From Coniocarpon cinnabarinum (lineage: Eukaryota), in assembly GCA_051942205.1 (NCBI GenBank), contig JAVECO010000009.1:124001-188000 (forward strand): a stretch of DNA of 64,000 nt, read 5' to 3'. The translations under genes were made by a program, and so were the position numbers. Of this stretch, positions 37,199-50,642 are shown piece by piece (the first letter of the stretch is position 1; each line of letters starts with the position of its first letter). Below the pieces are notes generated by a model. It saw only the letters and a list, made by a program, of their open reading frames with translations, ran no database searches and was not told the DNA's origin.

Positions 37199-38116
37199 TT
37201 ACCATGGCTTGATGTTCGCGTCGTCCTCGAATTCAACATCCTTTATGCCTTCCGCCGTGATGACCTTCACATTCAATCCCTTGTAATCAATCGGCATCCG
37301 TCTTCTTAATTCGTCCGAACACATTCTGAGAACTTTCAACCCTTGTTCGAGCGACATGTCGGGATGATGGTGTTTGTCTAACGTCGAGAGGCAGTAGTAT
37401 TGTGCATAACCATGCGCTGCGTATGGTACGGATGCTAATGTCGCGAGGTAGTCTAACCAGTAGAGTTTTGGAATCGGTTTCGTTGCGGACACGTCTTCTA
37501 CGGGTGGCTTGGTCTCATCGGCTTCACCTGTCGTTGGCGCAGCCGTCGTTCCTGAAGTAGTGGCGGCGGGTTCTGAAGGATTCGTCGAGGAAGGCTTTTC
37601 TGATTGAGAGATGTGTGAAGTTTGTGAGGTAGGTGGCGGCATGACGATTCCGCCAATGAGGCAATTTGCGTTGTAGGGCTGTGAACGAAGTGCGCGCGCG
37701 AGCTCGTTTCGAGTGAAGGCGGCGATGGCAGGGGGTTGTAGGATTGCTCCATTTCTGGTGCCATACAGTGCAATGTTCGCTTGGATGTATTCAGAGAATT
37801 GAACTACATCAGTCGCTTGTTAGCATAGACCTCAGCAGCCAATGCTGTGGTTCACATCTCTTATCAACGCATCGACGTGGATTTAATCTGCGTACCTGTA
37901 TCCCCTGCTTCACCAGAATATGCCATCACAGTATGATCCGACAACTTGCGAGTCTTGTCATCGTTCGCCTTCAGGATGGTAACGCCTCGCATCGCAGCCT
38001 TGGAGGATGCCACGACGGTAAAGTCGCGGCCCGTGAGACCGAGAAGGACTTCCCTGGAGAATCATTGAGTCAGAGTCACTGCAACATGGACACGTCTTCA
38101 GAGAGCAGTCTTACAT
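37199..38116 (-). CDS. PRE1: 20S proteasome subunit beta-4
   Basis: The start codon is split AT|G by intron 38054-38114, and a second intron lies near 37805-37895. Protein MEVLLGLTGRDF..GEAGDTVQFSEYIQAN..LYWLDYLA..VPYAAHGYAQYYCLS. Confidence 0.92.
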
Positions 38117-38527
38117 GTTTGGGCCTCGCGGAAGATGCGAGCAATAGCTTTAAGTCGTAGTGTCAACCGGAGGAACAAGCTATACTGTGGCGGCTAACAG
38201 TGCTCTAAGTATCAGCGTGCAAGAGCGATTCTCGACAGCAGTTTTGCAATGGAACGAGCTCAGGTATCTGAAGCAGGTAAGCGATGGTTTACGCCAGCTC
38301 TCGTGCCTAGCCGCAACATGAGACGAAGCTTGTCTGACTCAAGGTCAACCTCGTTTAGGGTTGTTGTGCCCTTCTAAAGAACTGCACTCTTGTGAAGCAA
38401 GGCCTCCAGACCATGCGCAATGTTTCTGACATTAGGTATTCTTACATATTTTGGGGATATCTAGAAACAAAATTGTGAAAACAACCGCTCTAGCACTGAA
38501 ACAGAGACACAATCCTGACGCTCAGCT

Positions 38528-41500
38528 TCAATCAGCCTCCAGAAACCCCATGAAAGGGTCTCGAAAATCATCACTGAAACTCAGCCCCTCAATGAAGTTG
38601 GGATCGGGTTGAGGTGGTACTGCAACCGCCTGTCGCTGATCAGATTCACTGAGCTGGCCTTGGTTTGCTGCTTCTCTGGCACGAGTTTGAGCCGCTGTAC
38701 CTTGAGCTGCCAACACTGCAGGAGCTTGAGGATTGTCGGTGATTTCACTTTTGATATCTGGTGCAGCTTGCATCTGAGCGGTTGGCGCCGCTGTGCTTGT
38801 ACCGTGTGCGGCCGTAGCCTGTTGATTCTGAGATACGCCAGAATTTGATGAGGTAGACGACGAATGCCTGACCGGTCGAAGCATAGGCGCAGGCTGATTC
38901 CCAGGCGCGTAAAGGAGATTGGCAGGATTCTGCATCTGTGGTGCCAATGCAACGTTTCGCACATCTCCGGGAGTCCCAAGTCCTGCCGCGGGTGTTGACT
39001 GCCCACCAGATGTTTGGCTTTGAGCAGATGCAACCATCCGTGGTCTCTTTGGTCCGATGGGGAAAGTCTCGGTTCGGCTACTTCTTGTACTAGGGGGCGA
39101 ATTTTGCGTAGACGAGCGTTGCGATGCCGTACGCTTCAACGCTGATTGCGTTTGCGGTTGCGGCGGCGTAGAAGTTGAGGAAGACAATGCAGGGTCGATG
39201 TTGGAGGCTGATGCATTTGCAGGAGCCGCTTGGTGATTTTGTTGGTCCTGAAACAGGGCATCGGCATTAGACCCGGTATTGTCGCCGAATCGCCTTGTCA
39301 TAGAAACAGCACTTTGTGGGTCTGTAGGTTGTGTGAAGGATGGTGGAGACATGACCAGAGCCGGCTCAGGAGAGTGCGGACGGCCTTGCGCATCTCTCCA
39401 CAAGGCCTCTTCTGTATCTTTCGGTAAGATTAGACTCCACTTTTTGACCAGGTTCTGCAAGGTCTCGAGTGCTGATCGAGCCCATTCATGGCGCTGAGAA
39501 AGATCATGGAAATAGTTGCAAGCGTCTGTAAAGCGCGTGGTGGCGGAAGGAGTCGGTATGCTGATGATATGGATGGTACAGGCGGTGAGGAGGCAGTGTA
39601 CCTGAAACATGTAAATACCATAGTACCCATAGAGCTTCTTGTGATAACTCCAGATGTCTGATATCTCATCCGCAGCTGAGCGAGCAAGTTGTCGAGGCAC
39701 GAGGTCGGAGCGACTGAGAATCTTTGCCTTGAGAAAGGGTCGGAACAGCAAGAGGATAGCAGAGTGGTAATACATGCTAGATGGCGTCAGAGTGTACACA
39801 ACATTGACGAAACCCCAGATCAAGACTTACTGCAGGCAAAGAACATGCGGTGGGGCTTCTTGCGTCTGGTTCAGGAGTGGCGGCAACCCTTGCTTCCATT
39901 CAGAATATTTCTCATACTCTGAGACCAACAAGCTGCCGCTCAAAGGCACGGTAGGAGCGAAGAACATTTGAAGCGTCCCGTTGACAAGAGTAGACAGCTC
40001 AGAGCAAGCTCGAAAGGTCGATGAGCGGGCGCCAGGTATGTCGGGTCGCTCAGTGCTACCGTATGGATGCCAAGGCTTTTGGTCGAACTCGTCCTGTATT
40101 GAGGGTAGATCTACAGTCACTCCGTGAGCGTTAATATTCGGTAGACGCCCTAAAGTGAAAGACGTGATTCTAGAGACCTTTGTTAGCCTTGTGAAGCATC
40201 ATTCGGGATCGGAGGACTTCATACTGGTCAACATGAAAACAGCCCCAGAACGCATGACATCGAGCCTTGTCTTCTTTGAGCGCTTCTTCACTGATCTCGA
40301 TGTTCTGGTCAGATGTAAGCTTCCGCTTGAGCTGTAGACTGAGATCCACCGCCATGAGAGCACTCGCGCCAGACGACATCCAAAGCGCACTCAGACGACC
40401 TTTGCTCCCTTCAACATAGCTCGTCAAATACAGTGCCGCCACTGTGGTGATCGTCGGCTGGGTATTATCCCTCAATAGTCGAGTCGCTTCATCGTAGAAT
40501 TGGTTCACCAATTTGTCTGTCCCCTCTCGAAACGATAGCATGCACCCGGCGGCACAGATGGCATTGACCAGTGCTGGCGAACAGAATTTCGTTTCCCCAT
40601 TCGCGAAGTCGGTGCGAAAAAGATCCTCGGGAAAGCTCTGAAAGAACGAATGCTGCCATGTAAAGTAATGGTCCAGGAGGTGTTTGATGAGTTCAGAGTC
40701 TTGGGTGACGTTGCTCCAATGGCTTCCAATATTCCCGGTGATGAATTCAGAGGCAAGCGAAGCATGCGTGCTTCGCATCTCGGCGCCCTTGACCATCCCG
40801 AAAATACTCTCTGATGAAGCAAAACTTCCTTCAACGCCTGAGGGCGTTCGCCTTTGAATGAGTCGGGTGGCATCTTGACTGCCTGAAGTGACATCTCGAA
40901 GTATAGACGGAATGTCCTCAGACGCCTTGAGGCGATTGACAATGTCCTGCGAGCTCTTGTAATCTGACAAGGCGAGAGCACGAACGAGGCGTTCATAATG
41001 GTCAAGTCTGGGAGCAGCTCGTCTCATTGAGTTTCCTTGACATGCAATATGTTAGTAATGTTCTCGTATTGGACACTGGTCGATGCACGTTCTGGTATGA
41101 CTGAGAAAGATCAAAGGATGCACAACGAGCAACATACCTGATGGTTCGTTTCTTCCATCATGTCGAGCTGGCGTTCCCCCTCCCACGCCCGACAAGAGAG
41201 TGCCAGCCTGGATCTCTTCAGCCACCTGGTGCAGATCCCCTCCCGACCTCAGGCGTCGAAACACTTCAATCGCTTCTTCTTGGCTGGCTACCTGGACCGT
41301 CTGAAAGAGTTGCTCGAGGAGGGTTTTGTCTGTCTGAAGCTGTTCAACGCTATCGCGCAGGTAGGTGAGCTTGCGTTGGTCATCGGTCATATCATAGCTG
41401 CATGGACCATTGCGTGAGGAACATTGGGTACAGGAAGGTCGGTGGCCGTCGCACTGTCTGACGCGTTAGTTAGCGATCCACTATACGCTCGACCTTGCCC

Positions 41501-41848
41501 GACACGCACCTTGGTTTTGCGTTTGCGACAAGGCACACAGGCTACTATTGTAATCTTTCCGCGCTTTGCGTATGTTGGCTTAGACGGTGCTGCGCTGCCT
41601 GGCAGAGACGAGTCTTGGGGCATATGCGCCGACGTGGGCGAAACCAAAGACGGGTCTTGAAGTGTCTGGCCATATTGGGTGGGATCGAGCGGGGCGGGTT
41701 GCGGCTGGTATGGTTGGAGGGAGGAGGAATCCGAGTATTGCAGTTGGGGTTGTTGCTGTTGTTGTGGTGGCTGAGGTAGTTGAGGTGGTGGTGGTGGTTG
41801 TTGTTGTTGGCCAGCAGAATCACCTTGCGGGAGGATGGGCCTGCTCAT
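38528..41848 (-). CDS. Zn(II)2Cys6 transcription factor with fungal TF middle domain (NirA/Nit-4-like family)
   Basis: Four introns. Splicing gives ACVPCRKRKTKCDGHRPSCTQCSSRNGPC. Middle region 'HLLDHYFTWQH..FCSPALVNAICA..FWGCFHVD..TLGRLP'. Q/P-rich N-terminus and acidic C-terminal tail. Confidence 0.9.
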
Positions 41849-42368
41849 GTCGCGTTACGTGAAGTCCATTCCCTAGAAAAAAAGTCGCGTCCGCATTGAG
41901 GGCCCGGAGGCGAACGTCATACATCAAGTGGGAGGGAAGCCCCTTTGACTTCGCCAATGGATGACAGCGCAGGAAGGGTTTTCAGTGTGAGAGAAACGCA
42001 GGTGCCCCAAGCACATCTCGGCGAGCATGGGGTTGAGGTGCAAAAAAAACAGCGCAAGGTACCTTTCCGGCACACTTGCTCCACGAAGACTTCCCAGGCC
42101 AATGCCTGACGCCGACCAATTTGCCGTGCTACTGTAATGCCACGATGCATCATGCATAATTTCACGCAGCAGATTGCAATAATGCTCGTTGCTCGTCACC
42201 TGCAATGGTGTTGCACTCGTCTTTTTTTACATTCCCTCTTTAGTCCACTGCTGCCACAGCCTTCCCCCCCCATGAAAAAAATTCATACCAACACTCGTCT
42301 ATCGTCTACGTAGCCACCACCAAACGCCAGCCGGGGTATCAAATGTAATCAACAGGGACTCAACATCT

Positions 42369-44754
42369 TCAGGCCTTCTGTAATAATTTCCGGGTCCGCT
42401 CATGGTCGTTCACAAAGGGACCTGGACCATTTTGTTAGCAATCTCTCCCGAGACATTGGTCTCAGTGCACAACGCTTACCGATGGCTTCGGCCAGCTGGT
42501 GCTTGGGCTGCGCATTCGCCTCGTCTTGATCTTGTTGATGCGCAAGATCATCGAGGCGCTCATCATCGTCGGAACTGAGACTACTGGATCTACTGATTTG
42601 CGTAAACACCATCTGGTTTCCTTCCTTCTGTCTGCGCTCTCGTTGTTCCTTTTTCAGCTTGTTCATCAGTTCCTCATCTTTCTGACAGTCAAGAGTCACA
42701 ATCTTCAACCCGGGAAAATTATGCTGCAGGAATTGGCGCAGCAACGGCAGTAGTTTCGCATTGGGCCGGTACGTCCCGCTGTCGTTATCGATGATCAATT
42801 CATATTGAGCAGCATCACGCGGAGCAGGCTCGGACGGTGGGCCACCAGCCACTGGATCTGGAGGATGGCTTTGATTATTTTGAGCGGCCTCGTCACCTTC
42901 GGCGGCTTGCTGCGAAAGCGGCGCTGGCGCGAACTTGTTTTTCAATCGCCGGATGAAAAACTCGCCGCTGTAGGCAATATAGATGCTGGCATCGCTATGC
43001 ATGGTGTGTTTGCTCAGCAAGTCTATACTAAATTCCTTGCCGGTCTCCGTGAAGCGTAGGAGCCCATCGAGCGTGAGGACATATGTATGAATGCGACCAC
43101 CAATGTCAAAGTGCGCGAGCTCCAAGAACTTCATCGTCAACTCAGAACAGGGACCGTCATACACACCATATCGCGTATCTTTATTGAAATTGTACACTTT
43201 CGTGTGCTGCGCATGCAACGCTTTGTTGAGAATGAGGCCCCGCATGCCTGATCCGGTGAAGAGTGACTTGACGAAAGGTCTAAACTCCACATATCGATGG
43301 TAAAGCTCTGGCGGTACGGGTCCCTGTAGTTGCATTTGATTCGATTGGAAGTTGTAACGTTGGCGACCTTTTTCATCCTCATGCTGGTCGGGGGGCGCTT
43401 CATCGTGATCCTCTTGACCTTCTGGTGGATTGTTCTGACCGCTTGTGTTTTCACCCGTCATCCGATCATGATCTCTATTATGCCGATTGTCGAATCCAAC
43501 AAAGTCTGGCTCTTTACTTCCGACCAAACGTCCCAACATGGGAGAGTAATTTTTGCACCAGTATTGCTTCCCAATCGTGTAAGCACGGCCGCCTTCGTTG
43601 TCCGGAGTCCGACCCAGGCACTCTACACTGACGTAGAGCTCGCCGTCCATACCTGCAGTTCGCCTCAGACAGACGGCGAGACCACGAACAGCGTATGCCC
43701 TCCAACTGCCCGACCGCTTCATGATCTTGAACGGCCTATATTCGAGACCCTCCCATCTGTCATAAAGATTGGGAATCGTGATGTGAGCGTTTCCCAGTCG
43801 ATCGTCTTTATCATTTGAGTCTTCGTCGTACAGCCTGGCTTTGAGTCTACACCCTGAGGAGGGCACATTTGCAACGATCCAAGATTGTTCCCACGCAGGC
43901 TCAGTGCTTCGCCAAATTGTTCGCGTTCGGAACATCAATGGTGGGTCTTCTTTGTGCCGCATTGGCAGGCCTGTTTTTAACTCAAGTCTGACGTAGGGGT
44001 CGCATGACAAAGTGGCGATATCTGAGATGGGCAGGTGTACTGCCTTGTGAATGGTGAACTTCAGAGTATATCCAGGAGGCCGGTGTGGTATTTGTGTTGC
44101 ATCGTAACCACCTGGAGGTCCTTTCTTCAATTCTTCGGCAGCAGGCGCTTCGACTGATTCTCCTGGACTTGGCTCCTCAGGAATCTTGCTATCCGTTTCT
44201 TTTTCATTCATCTGCGGCGTCGGATCTTCTGCGTCGCGCGCAAATGATTTTGTATGCCTTTCTCGCGGAGTCTTCTCGCCTAGTGCAGGCTCTTTACTGG
44301 TGTTCTCATCATCCTGAGCACTAGACCGTGGCCGGTCCATGGTACCTTGCGAGTCCACATGGGATGATCGAGCTTCATGATCGGCCGGTGATTGAATTCC
44401 ATTTTGCAGCATTGTCGCATTGTTTTGAGGATGGGAGGGGGCCTCTGCTGGTTGCCTGCCCTTGTGTCCATAGTTCAGATAGGTGCCATGCGATTCACCA
44501 GGGTCTTTTTGCCGCTCGAACAGTGGTGATCGCAATTGTGGATCTTTGGCCTGCTCACTCTCACGTTGCTGCAAGCTCATATTGGACTTTGGCTCGTCGT
44601 GTTGGTGGAATTCAAGGGGTCGCTGAGCGTCCTCGGGCCACTCGTGCGATTGATAGAACATGTCTTTTGACTGGCCGAGGTCTCCCTCAGCTCCTCGAAG
44701 TTCCACACGCTGCTGATGCAGTTTTTCAGACTGGCTATTCCTGCTGTCCGTCAT
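42369..44754 (-). CDS. C2-domain-containing fungal protein
   Basis: 'LKFTIHKAVHLPISD..SCDPYV..LYDEDSNDKDDRLG' (C2) and conserved 'FSIDLLSKHTMHS..IDNDSGTYRP'. A terminal intron (GTAAGC..GCTAAC..CAG) leads to last exon GPFVNDHERTRKLLQKA*. Confidence 0.85.
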
Positions 44755-45877
44755 GGCTATAATCCACTCGAAATAGCGACTGGCACTAGTTGCAATCGAG
44801 AAGCGACGGTCGCTGTGATCTGGCTGAGTATTACAGACGGATATGAGTTGGAGGCTTGGAGCATGGTGCGCGGCGTCAACCTGGCGTCAAGCTCAGAGTT
44901 CGCTTCGGGGGGCGCGCATTGGACGGACAGATCAGATTTTGGGGAGAATGCTGGTAACGGTGAAGAACTAGCAGGGCCAAAGTCCACGGACCGCGCGGTG
45001 GAAGACGAAAGGACGACGTAGTGAAGAAGGTGGCATCGACAGACAGGAGGGATTCACAACGAGCGGGCTAGCTAATGAGAACCTAGTTTCAAGCTAGGTC
45101 AGCCACCGGCAACGGAGAAAGGCAACGAGCCTACTCCGGTAGTCATGTTACGACGGCACCATTGCTGACCACTGTTGGCGCTCGAGGATTATATCGCATT
45201 CTTGTGAGCTTTCGTGAGCTCAGTAGTGGCATGATGCAAGTGAGGTTGGAGATGACAACAGCATCTACAAATGCCAAGTCGCTGGCGCTGCATCAAACTG
45301 TTCATTCGCCGCGCAAGAGGACTTGGCGAGAAAGCTTGGCCATACTAGTGCAACATGTGAGGCACGTGCAGTCTTCTTCTAGCGAAGTTCCAGCTCCTTG
45401 TCCAACAGCCAGCGCTGTCATTGGCTGACTCTGCTGGTTGGCAGGAAGTAAACACGGCAGGCAATGCAGCTCACCCGTTGGCCGGAGTTCGGCCGTGATC
45501 AGCGTTCCATCGAGTAAATATAGCTATTCGGCAGGGTGATCGTATTTTCTGAACGTTATCGTGACTTGAGCGCAGCAAATCAGTAACTCTTCTTCTTGCC
45601 TTCAACGGTGCAAAATGTCTCAAGTGTGGCCCACTGCGAATTGATAAGACACATATTCTGCGGCGTCCTGCTTATGTACAGCGCCAAACCACATCAAGCG
45701 ACTCCTTTGGAGTCTGTCTCATGTGATGAATCGTGCACTTCTTGCCCACATGCTTATCAATGCAAAGATGTTTACAAAAAGTTCCCACGCTGTGCTGAGG
45801 TATCACGGTAGTCGCTGAGATTGATGCGATTCTATTCAGCTCCTCCGCTCTTTTGAGCTCCTCGTCTCTACTCACGC

Positions 45878-46921
45878 TCACACTTGCCCCTCGAATTTCC
45901 TTTTCAAATCCACTAGTCCCTCAATCGTGATATCACTACCACCGCAAACCACCACCACGACCTCTTCTTCCTGGCCTAACTTCCTCCCCAGAACCCTTTG
46001 CAGACGATTTCCGAAGCATACCGCAACATTGACACCGCAGGCAATCTCTACCAGTATCCTGTCTGCTTCCGCCAACTTCCATGACCCCATCGCTGCCTCT
46101 GCGTCTGTCATTGTTGCACTGATGACCTGACTCTTTCCATTTTGTTCTGGCATTCGTCCCATTGCCCAGTCGAATGCCCGTTCAGCTACCCGCGTGGCAC
46201 CGAGGCACCGCGCCATGCTTGTGATGCCGGGGAGTGTGACCAGTTCGCCGGCGCGGACACTCTGATTCAGGCTGTCTGCACCTTCGGTCTCAAGTGCGAT
46301 GACAGGTACAGTATCCCAGCCCTGCTTAAGATCATGCAGGCCCTGCATCAAGCCGCATAAGAGACCGCCACCCCCTACTGAACTGACGATCGCAGCAGGC
46401 AGCTTGCGTTTAGAGTTGTGCTCATGCCATTGAGATGCAAGTTCGTGAATGAGCGTGGCGTTGCCAGTCCAGATATCAGGGTGGTCGAAAGGCGGAACGT
46501 AGACACCACCAGCGTCTCTGCCGAGCAGTTCTTCGCGGAGATAGGCGTCGGCTTCTCGCCAGCTCGCACCGCGCTGAATGACCTCATAAGCACCTGCTTC
46601 ACGAATCTTGTCGATCATGAACGGTTGCGCTGACATGGGAACAACAACCGTACAGGGAAGGCTTAGCGTGCGAGCAGCGTGAACAGCGGCGAGACCAGCG
46701 TTGCCGCCACTAGAGGAATAGAAATGAACAGCAGCATCGGACGGCTGGCGTTCAGCGTAACGGGCGCGCATGTAGTGACCAATGCCTCGAGACTTGAAAG
46801 CACCGGATGGCTGGATATTCTCGAGCTTGAGCTGCACTTTACAACCTGCAGCGCGAGAGAGGGCGGTGGATTCGATAAGCGGTGTCAGCCGCCATGGTTG
46901 GCTTGTCTGTGTCACGTCCAT
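45878..46921 (-). CDS. CHA1: PLP-dependent L-serine/threonine dehydratase
   Basis: KLENIQPSGAFKSRG (PLP lysine), SSGGNAG, VGGGGL, VCGG. Confidence 0.9.
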   Translation of the reverse strand: MDVTQTSQPWRLTPLIESTALSRAAGCKVQLKLENIQPSGAFKSRGIGHYMRARYAERQPSDAAVHFYSSSGGNAGLAAVHAARTLSLPCTVVVPMSAQPFMIDKIREAGAYEVIQRGASWREADAYLREELLGRDAGGVYVPPFDHPDIWTGNATLIHELASQWHEHNSKRKLPAAIVSSVGGGGLLCGLMQGLHDLKQGWDTVPVIALETEGADSLNQSVRAGELVTLPGITSMARCLGATRVAERAFDWAMGRMPEQNGKSQVISATMTDAEAAMGSWKLAEADRILVEIACGVNVAVCFGNRLQRVLGRKLGQEEEVVVVVCGGSDITIEGLVDLKRKFEGQV

Positions 46922-47261
46922 AGCTTTATCCGGTCGTCGTAAAAGACTGAGAATGGAACAGCACTGCTATGCAGCTATCAGTCTCGTGAATTCGATTTTC
47001 ACACTCTTGATCGCTGCTATTCATTGAACGGCAAGCTTGAATTGCGTGTCCCTCTAATTCTGCATGACCATGGCTTTTAGGTCAGTGCCAGACTCCTTAG
47101 GGCGTGGATTTGACATGGAATGTTCCTGATGGCTCTACAGCGACCAACCGCAAACTCGTGTCGCTCGTGTAATCAATTTTGGCGCTTATTTTCGGAATAA
47201 TTGTTACCGAGCAAAACATGTTGTAAGGGGGAACAATGGTGCCGTGGAGTTGAGCGTGTGA

Positions 47262-48637
47262 TCAGTCAAAAAATTCCCAGAGGCGTGTAAGGTGCCCGGC
47301 ACTCGTTCCTACATGTTGCTCAAGAGCGTCAGCGTCTTTAGCGTTTCGAATCGTATCCTGCGTGATTCCAAGCGTTTTGGTTTCCTCTCTCGCGAGACTG
47401 AGTATTGCAACACCTTGTGCGCCTAGCAGCGCCTGGTGTTCTTCATAGCCTTCCTCCTTGAGCTTCTTTTCAAGCCCTGAGACAAGATCAGGAGGTCTGT
47501 GTGGATTGACAAGAGCAAAGGCGCAGCCTCCTCCACCGGCCCCGGTCAGTTTCGACCAGCCTAAGTCCTGTTGATCAATAAGCTCCCGAATGCGTTCCAA
47601 CCGGGGATGTGAGACACCCAGTGTCGCAAGAAGGCCATGGTTCAGTCGAACAAGCTCTCCGATTCTGTACGCAATGTCTGAATCGTTCAAATCATAATCA
47701 CCGGAGCTGGTTATATCGTGCATTTCTTTCGTGATCTCTCCAATGGCCTCTAATATATGATTTGCGATCTTGGGGTGTTTCTCCTTAACTTGGCCTACCT
47801 TGGCTACTTCGACAGCAGTAGATCGAGGTTGTTTCGTATCCACTAAAACGAGAGGCAGCGTTGGGAAGTTGGGGAGTGGTGTTATGAGGGGTCCTTTTGG
47901 AGGTTGTCTGCGTTGAAACAAGACCGCCTTGCCTAGTGTCGCAACTGTATTGTCGATTCCGCTTGGATTGCCGTGAATATTCAGCTCGCCCACAAACGCC
48001 CAATTGTTGATCCTTGCCTTTGCTTCGTCGCCGGCGTTGTCGTGCCCAGATTGACCCAATTGGCCTGTCTGCTTCAAGATTGCGGTGCTTAAACATACAC
48101 TGATACTTGCGCTGCTGCCAAGGCCAGATGCAATGGGAATGCCCGAACGAAGTGTGTACACGCAGGGAAATAGCTCCGGTCCAGCAAGACTTAGGAGCAC
48201 GTAAAGAAAAGCGGAGGCCGCCGAATGATGCACACGTATGACTTCAGGAGGCGCGCCCTTCGAAACAGACTGCACATGCGGAGTGAGCGTCTCCAGTAAC
48301 TCTGCATTCAAACTTGATACGTGCTCGTCGACAGGTTTCCTTTTCTCGGCGAAATCTGACCAGGGGAGCTCTGCCTTGGGCCATTCATGATGGAGCTTGA
48401 CATCTTGAAAATCCAGAGTAATCTTCCCATCGTCAACGGGTTTTCTTGTCACGAAAAGGTATGACCTCAACGAAAGTGCTGCGGCTATGGCCGGCTGGAG
48501 CTTATTAGGAGATCATTGCTAACACCAGGGAAAACCGCATGCTTCCGCACCTGACCATGAACGACAGCATGCTCACCGAAGACGATTACTTTGCCTGGTG
48601 ACGATATTACGAAGGGATAGTCCACGCGGGTAGACAT
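47262..48637 (-). CDS. ERG12: Mevalonate kinase
   Basis: Intron 48495-48550. Motifs SPGKVIVFGEHAVVHG, PIASGLGSSA, HGNPSGIDN and KLTGAGGGG (GHMP kinase). Confidence 0.93.
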
Positions 48638-48982
48638 CTTGAGGAGCCAGAATGGCAGTCAACCCTTCCTTCTCGGTCATTCGAACATCCGTGACGCTAT
48701 GATTGGTTGGCAAGAGGTAGCGCTGCGTGCGGTAAAAGGTACGAAGTCCTGTACATCCCGGGAGACTAGAATAGAAAGATCAGCTTCCGCGGGTGGTGAT
48801 GATAGCGGGTCACACGAGTCATGGATCCATCAGGAACGCGCCTAAATCCTTCCCACCCGCGTCTTCCTCCGCGTATATCTGTCGCAGCTCGCAGCCTTCG
48901 TCGTCCAGCAAAAGAAAATAGAGAACATATCAAGCACCCTCAGCGCATCATTCTTTGGAACAAGTCGTGAAGGTCTCTGGCT

Positions 48983-50431
48983 ATGGACCTCCTCAAAGTA
49001 CGAACCCCAGGCCCCACTCCGCAACAAAGGCATATCCACTGACACATGTGACAGCGGCTTGGAGATTACTTAGATCGACCTCTGTTCCCATGGAAGAGGC
49101 TGGTCATCGGTTTCTCAGTGGGCCAGTATGTCCTTCAAACATATCTCTCGTACCGTCAATACCGTGTACTATGCGGCAAGACGCCCCCAAAGGCTCTGGA
49201 AGCCGAAGTGGACCAGAAGACGTTCGACAAGTCGCAAGAGTACGGTCGTGCCAAATCCCGGTTTGGTTTCATATCAGGTCTCTTCAGCCAGGTGCTTGAC
49301 ATCGCGGTCTTACAATATGATCTCTTCCCGAAGATCTGGGGCATCACCGGTATCTGGGTGGCAAGGTTCGCGCCGGCATGGTGCAGTGGTGAAATCACGC
49401 AGAGTCTGGTCTTTGGCTTTGCTTACAGCATATTCACCACCATACTAGGACTGCCATTCGACTATTACTATCACTTCGTGCTGGAGGAGAAGTTTGGATT
49501 CAACAAACAAACGCTCAATCTTTGGCTCATGGATCTTCTCAAAGGCCAGGCTCTGGGTATCGCATTTGGTGTGCCCATCGGCAGCGCATTCTTAGCCATC
49601 ATCCAGAAAACCGGCGACCAGTTCTTCTACTACGTCTACTTGTTCGCGTTCGCCGTTCAGGTCCTCATGATCACAATCTACCCCATCGTGATTGTACCGC
49701 TCTTCAACAAGCTCACACCTCTTCCTCAAGGCGATCTCCGTGCAGCTGTTGAGAAGCTCGCGGGCGGGTTGCAGTTTCCCCTCACAGAATTGCAAGTCAT
49801 TGATGGAAGCAAGCGCTCTGCGCACAGCAATGCATACTTCACTGGCCTGCCTGGCATGAAGAAGAAGATTGTGCTTTTCGACACGTTGCTTGAGAAGTCT
49901 GAAGAGAAAGAGGTCGTGGCAGTGCTTGGTCACGAACTGGGCCACTGGAAGATGAACCACACATCGAAACAGCTGGGTATTGCACAAGTCCACCTCTTTG
50001 CCATGTTCGCGCTCTTCTCCGCGTTCGTACACAACCGCTCGCTTTATCAGTCCTTCGGCTTCCACAAGGAACAGCCCATCATCATCGGCTTTATGCTATT
50101 CAACGAGATTCTTGCGCCCACTGACTCGGTTCTGCGGCTCCTCATGAACATCATGAGCCGCAACTTTGAGTTCCAAGCAGATGCCTTCGGCGCGAAGCTG
50201 GGTTACTCAAAGGAATTGGCAAGCAGTCTTATCAAGCTGCAGATCCAAAACCTGTCTGCCATGGACGCCGACTGGATGTACTCAGCCTACACTTACAGCC
50301 ATCCGATCTTGACCGAGAGGCTACGTGCGCTTGGTTACAAGAGCGAGGTCAAGGTCAGCAGCGACAAGCCAAAGGACAGCGAAAAGGAGGACGGCGTTGC
50401 CAAAGCGTCGGGCACAGATCTCAAGAGCTAG
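48983..50431 (+). CDS. STE24: CAAX prenyl protease 1 (M48 zinc metalloprotease)
   Basis: Exon 1 MDLLK, intron 48998-49054, then RLGDYLDRPLFPWK. Motifs 'DGSKRSAHSNAYF', HELGH, EFQAD and 'YSHP..ERL'. Confidence 0.95.
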
Positions 50432-50642
50432 GAGCTCTCTGGTCGAGATACAGATGCACAATCTGAGAATAGCGAATCTACTGAGGCAGCTGATCTGATG
50501 AAATGATGGTGCGCCATTTCAAATAGAACGACCAAGCTCATCATACGTGACAATTGTTCGTGAAAGCAGATTATCATTATCAATCACGGGCGCAGCGCAT
50601 GACAGCACAAGGCGGATTATACTGGTGTAAAAATGATGAGGT

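Noticed and set aside
45723..45818. GTGATGA..CTGA candidate snoRNA
   Set aside because: Antisense to the CHA1 3' flank, with no convincing stem or guide.
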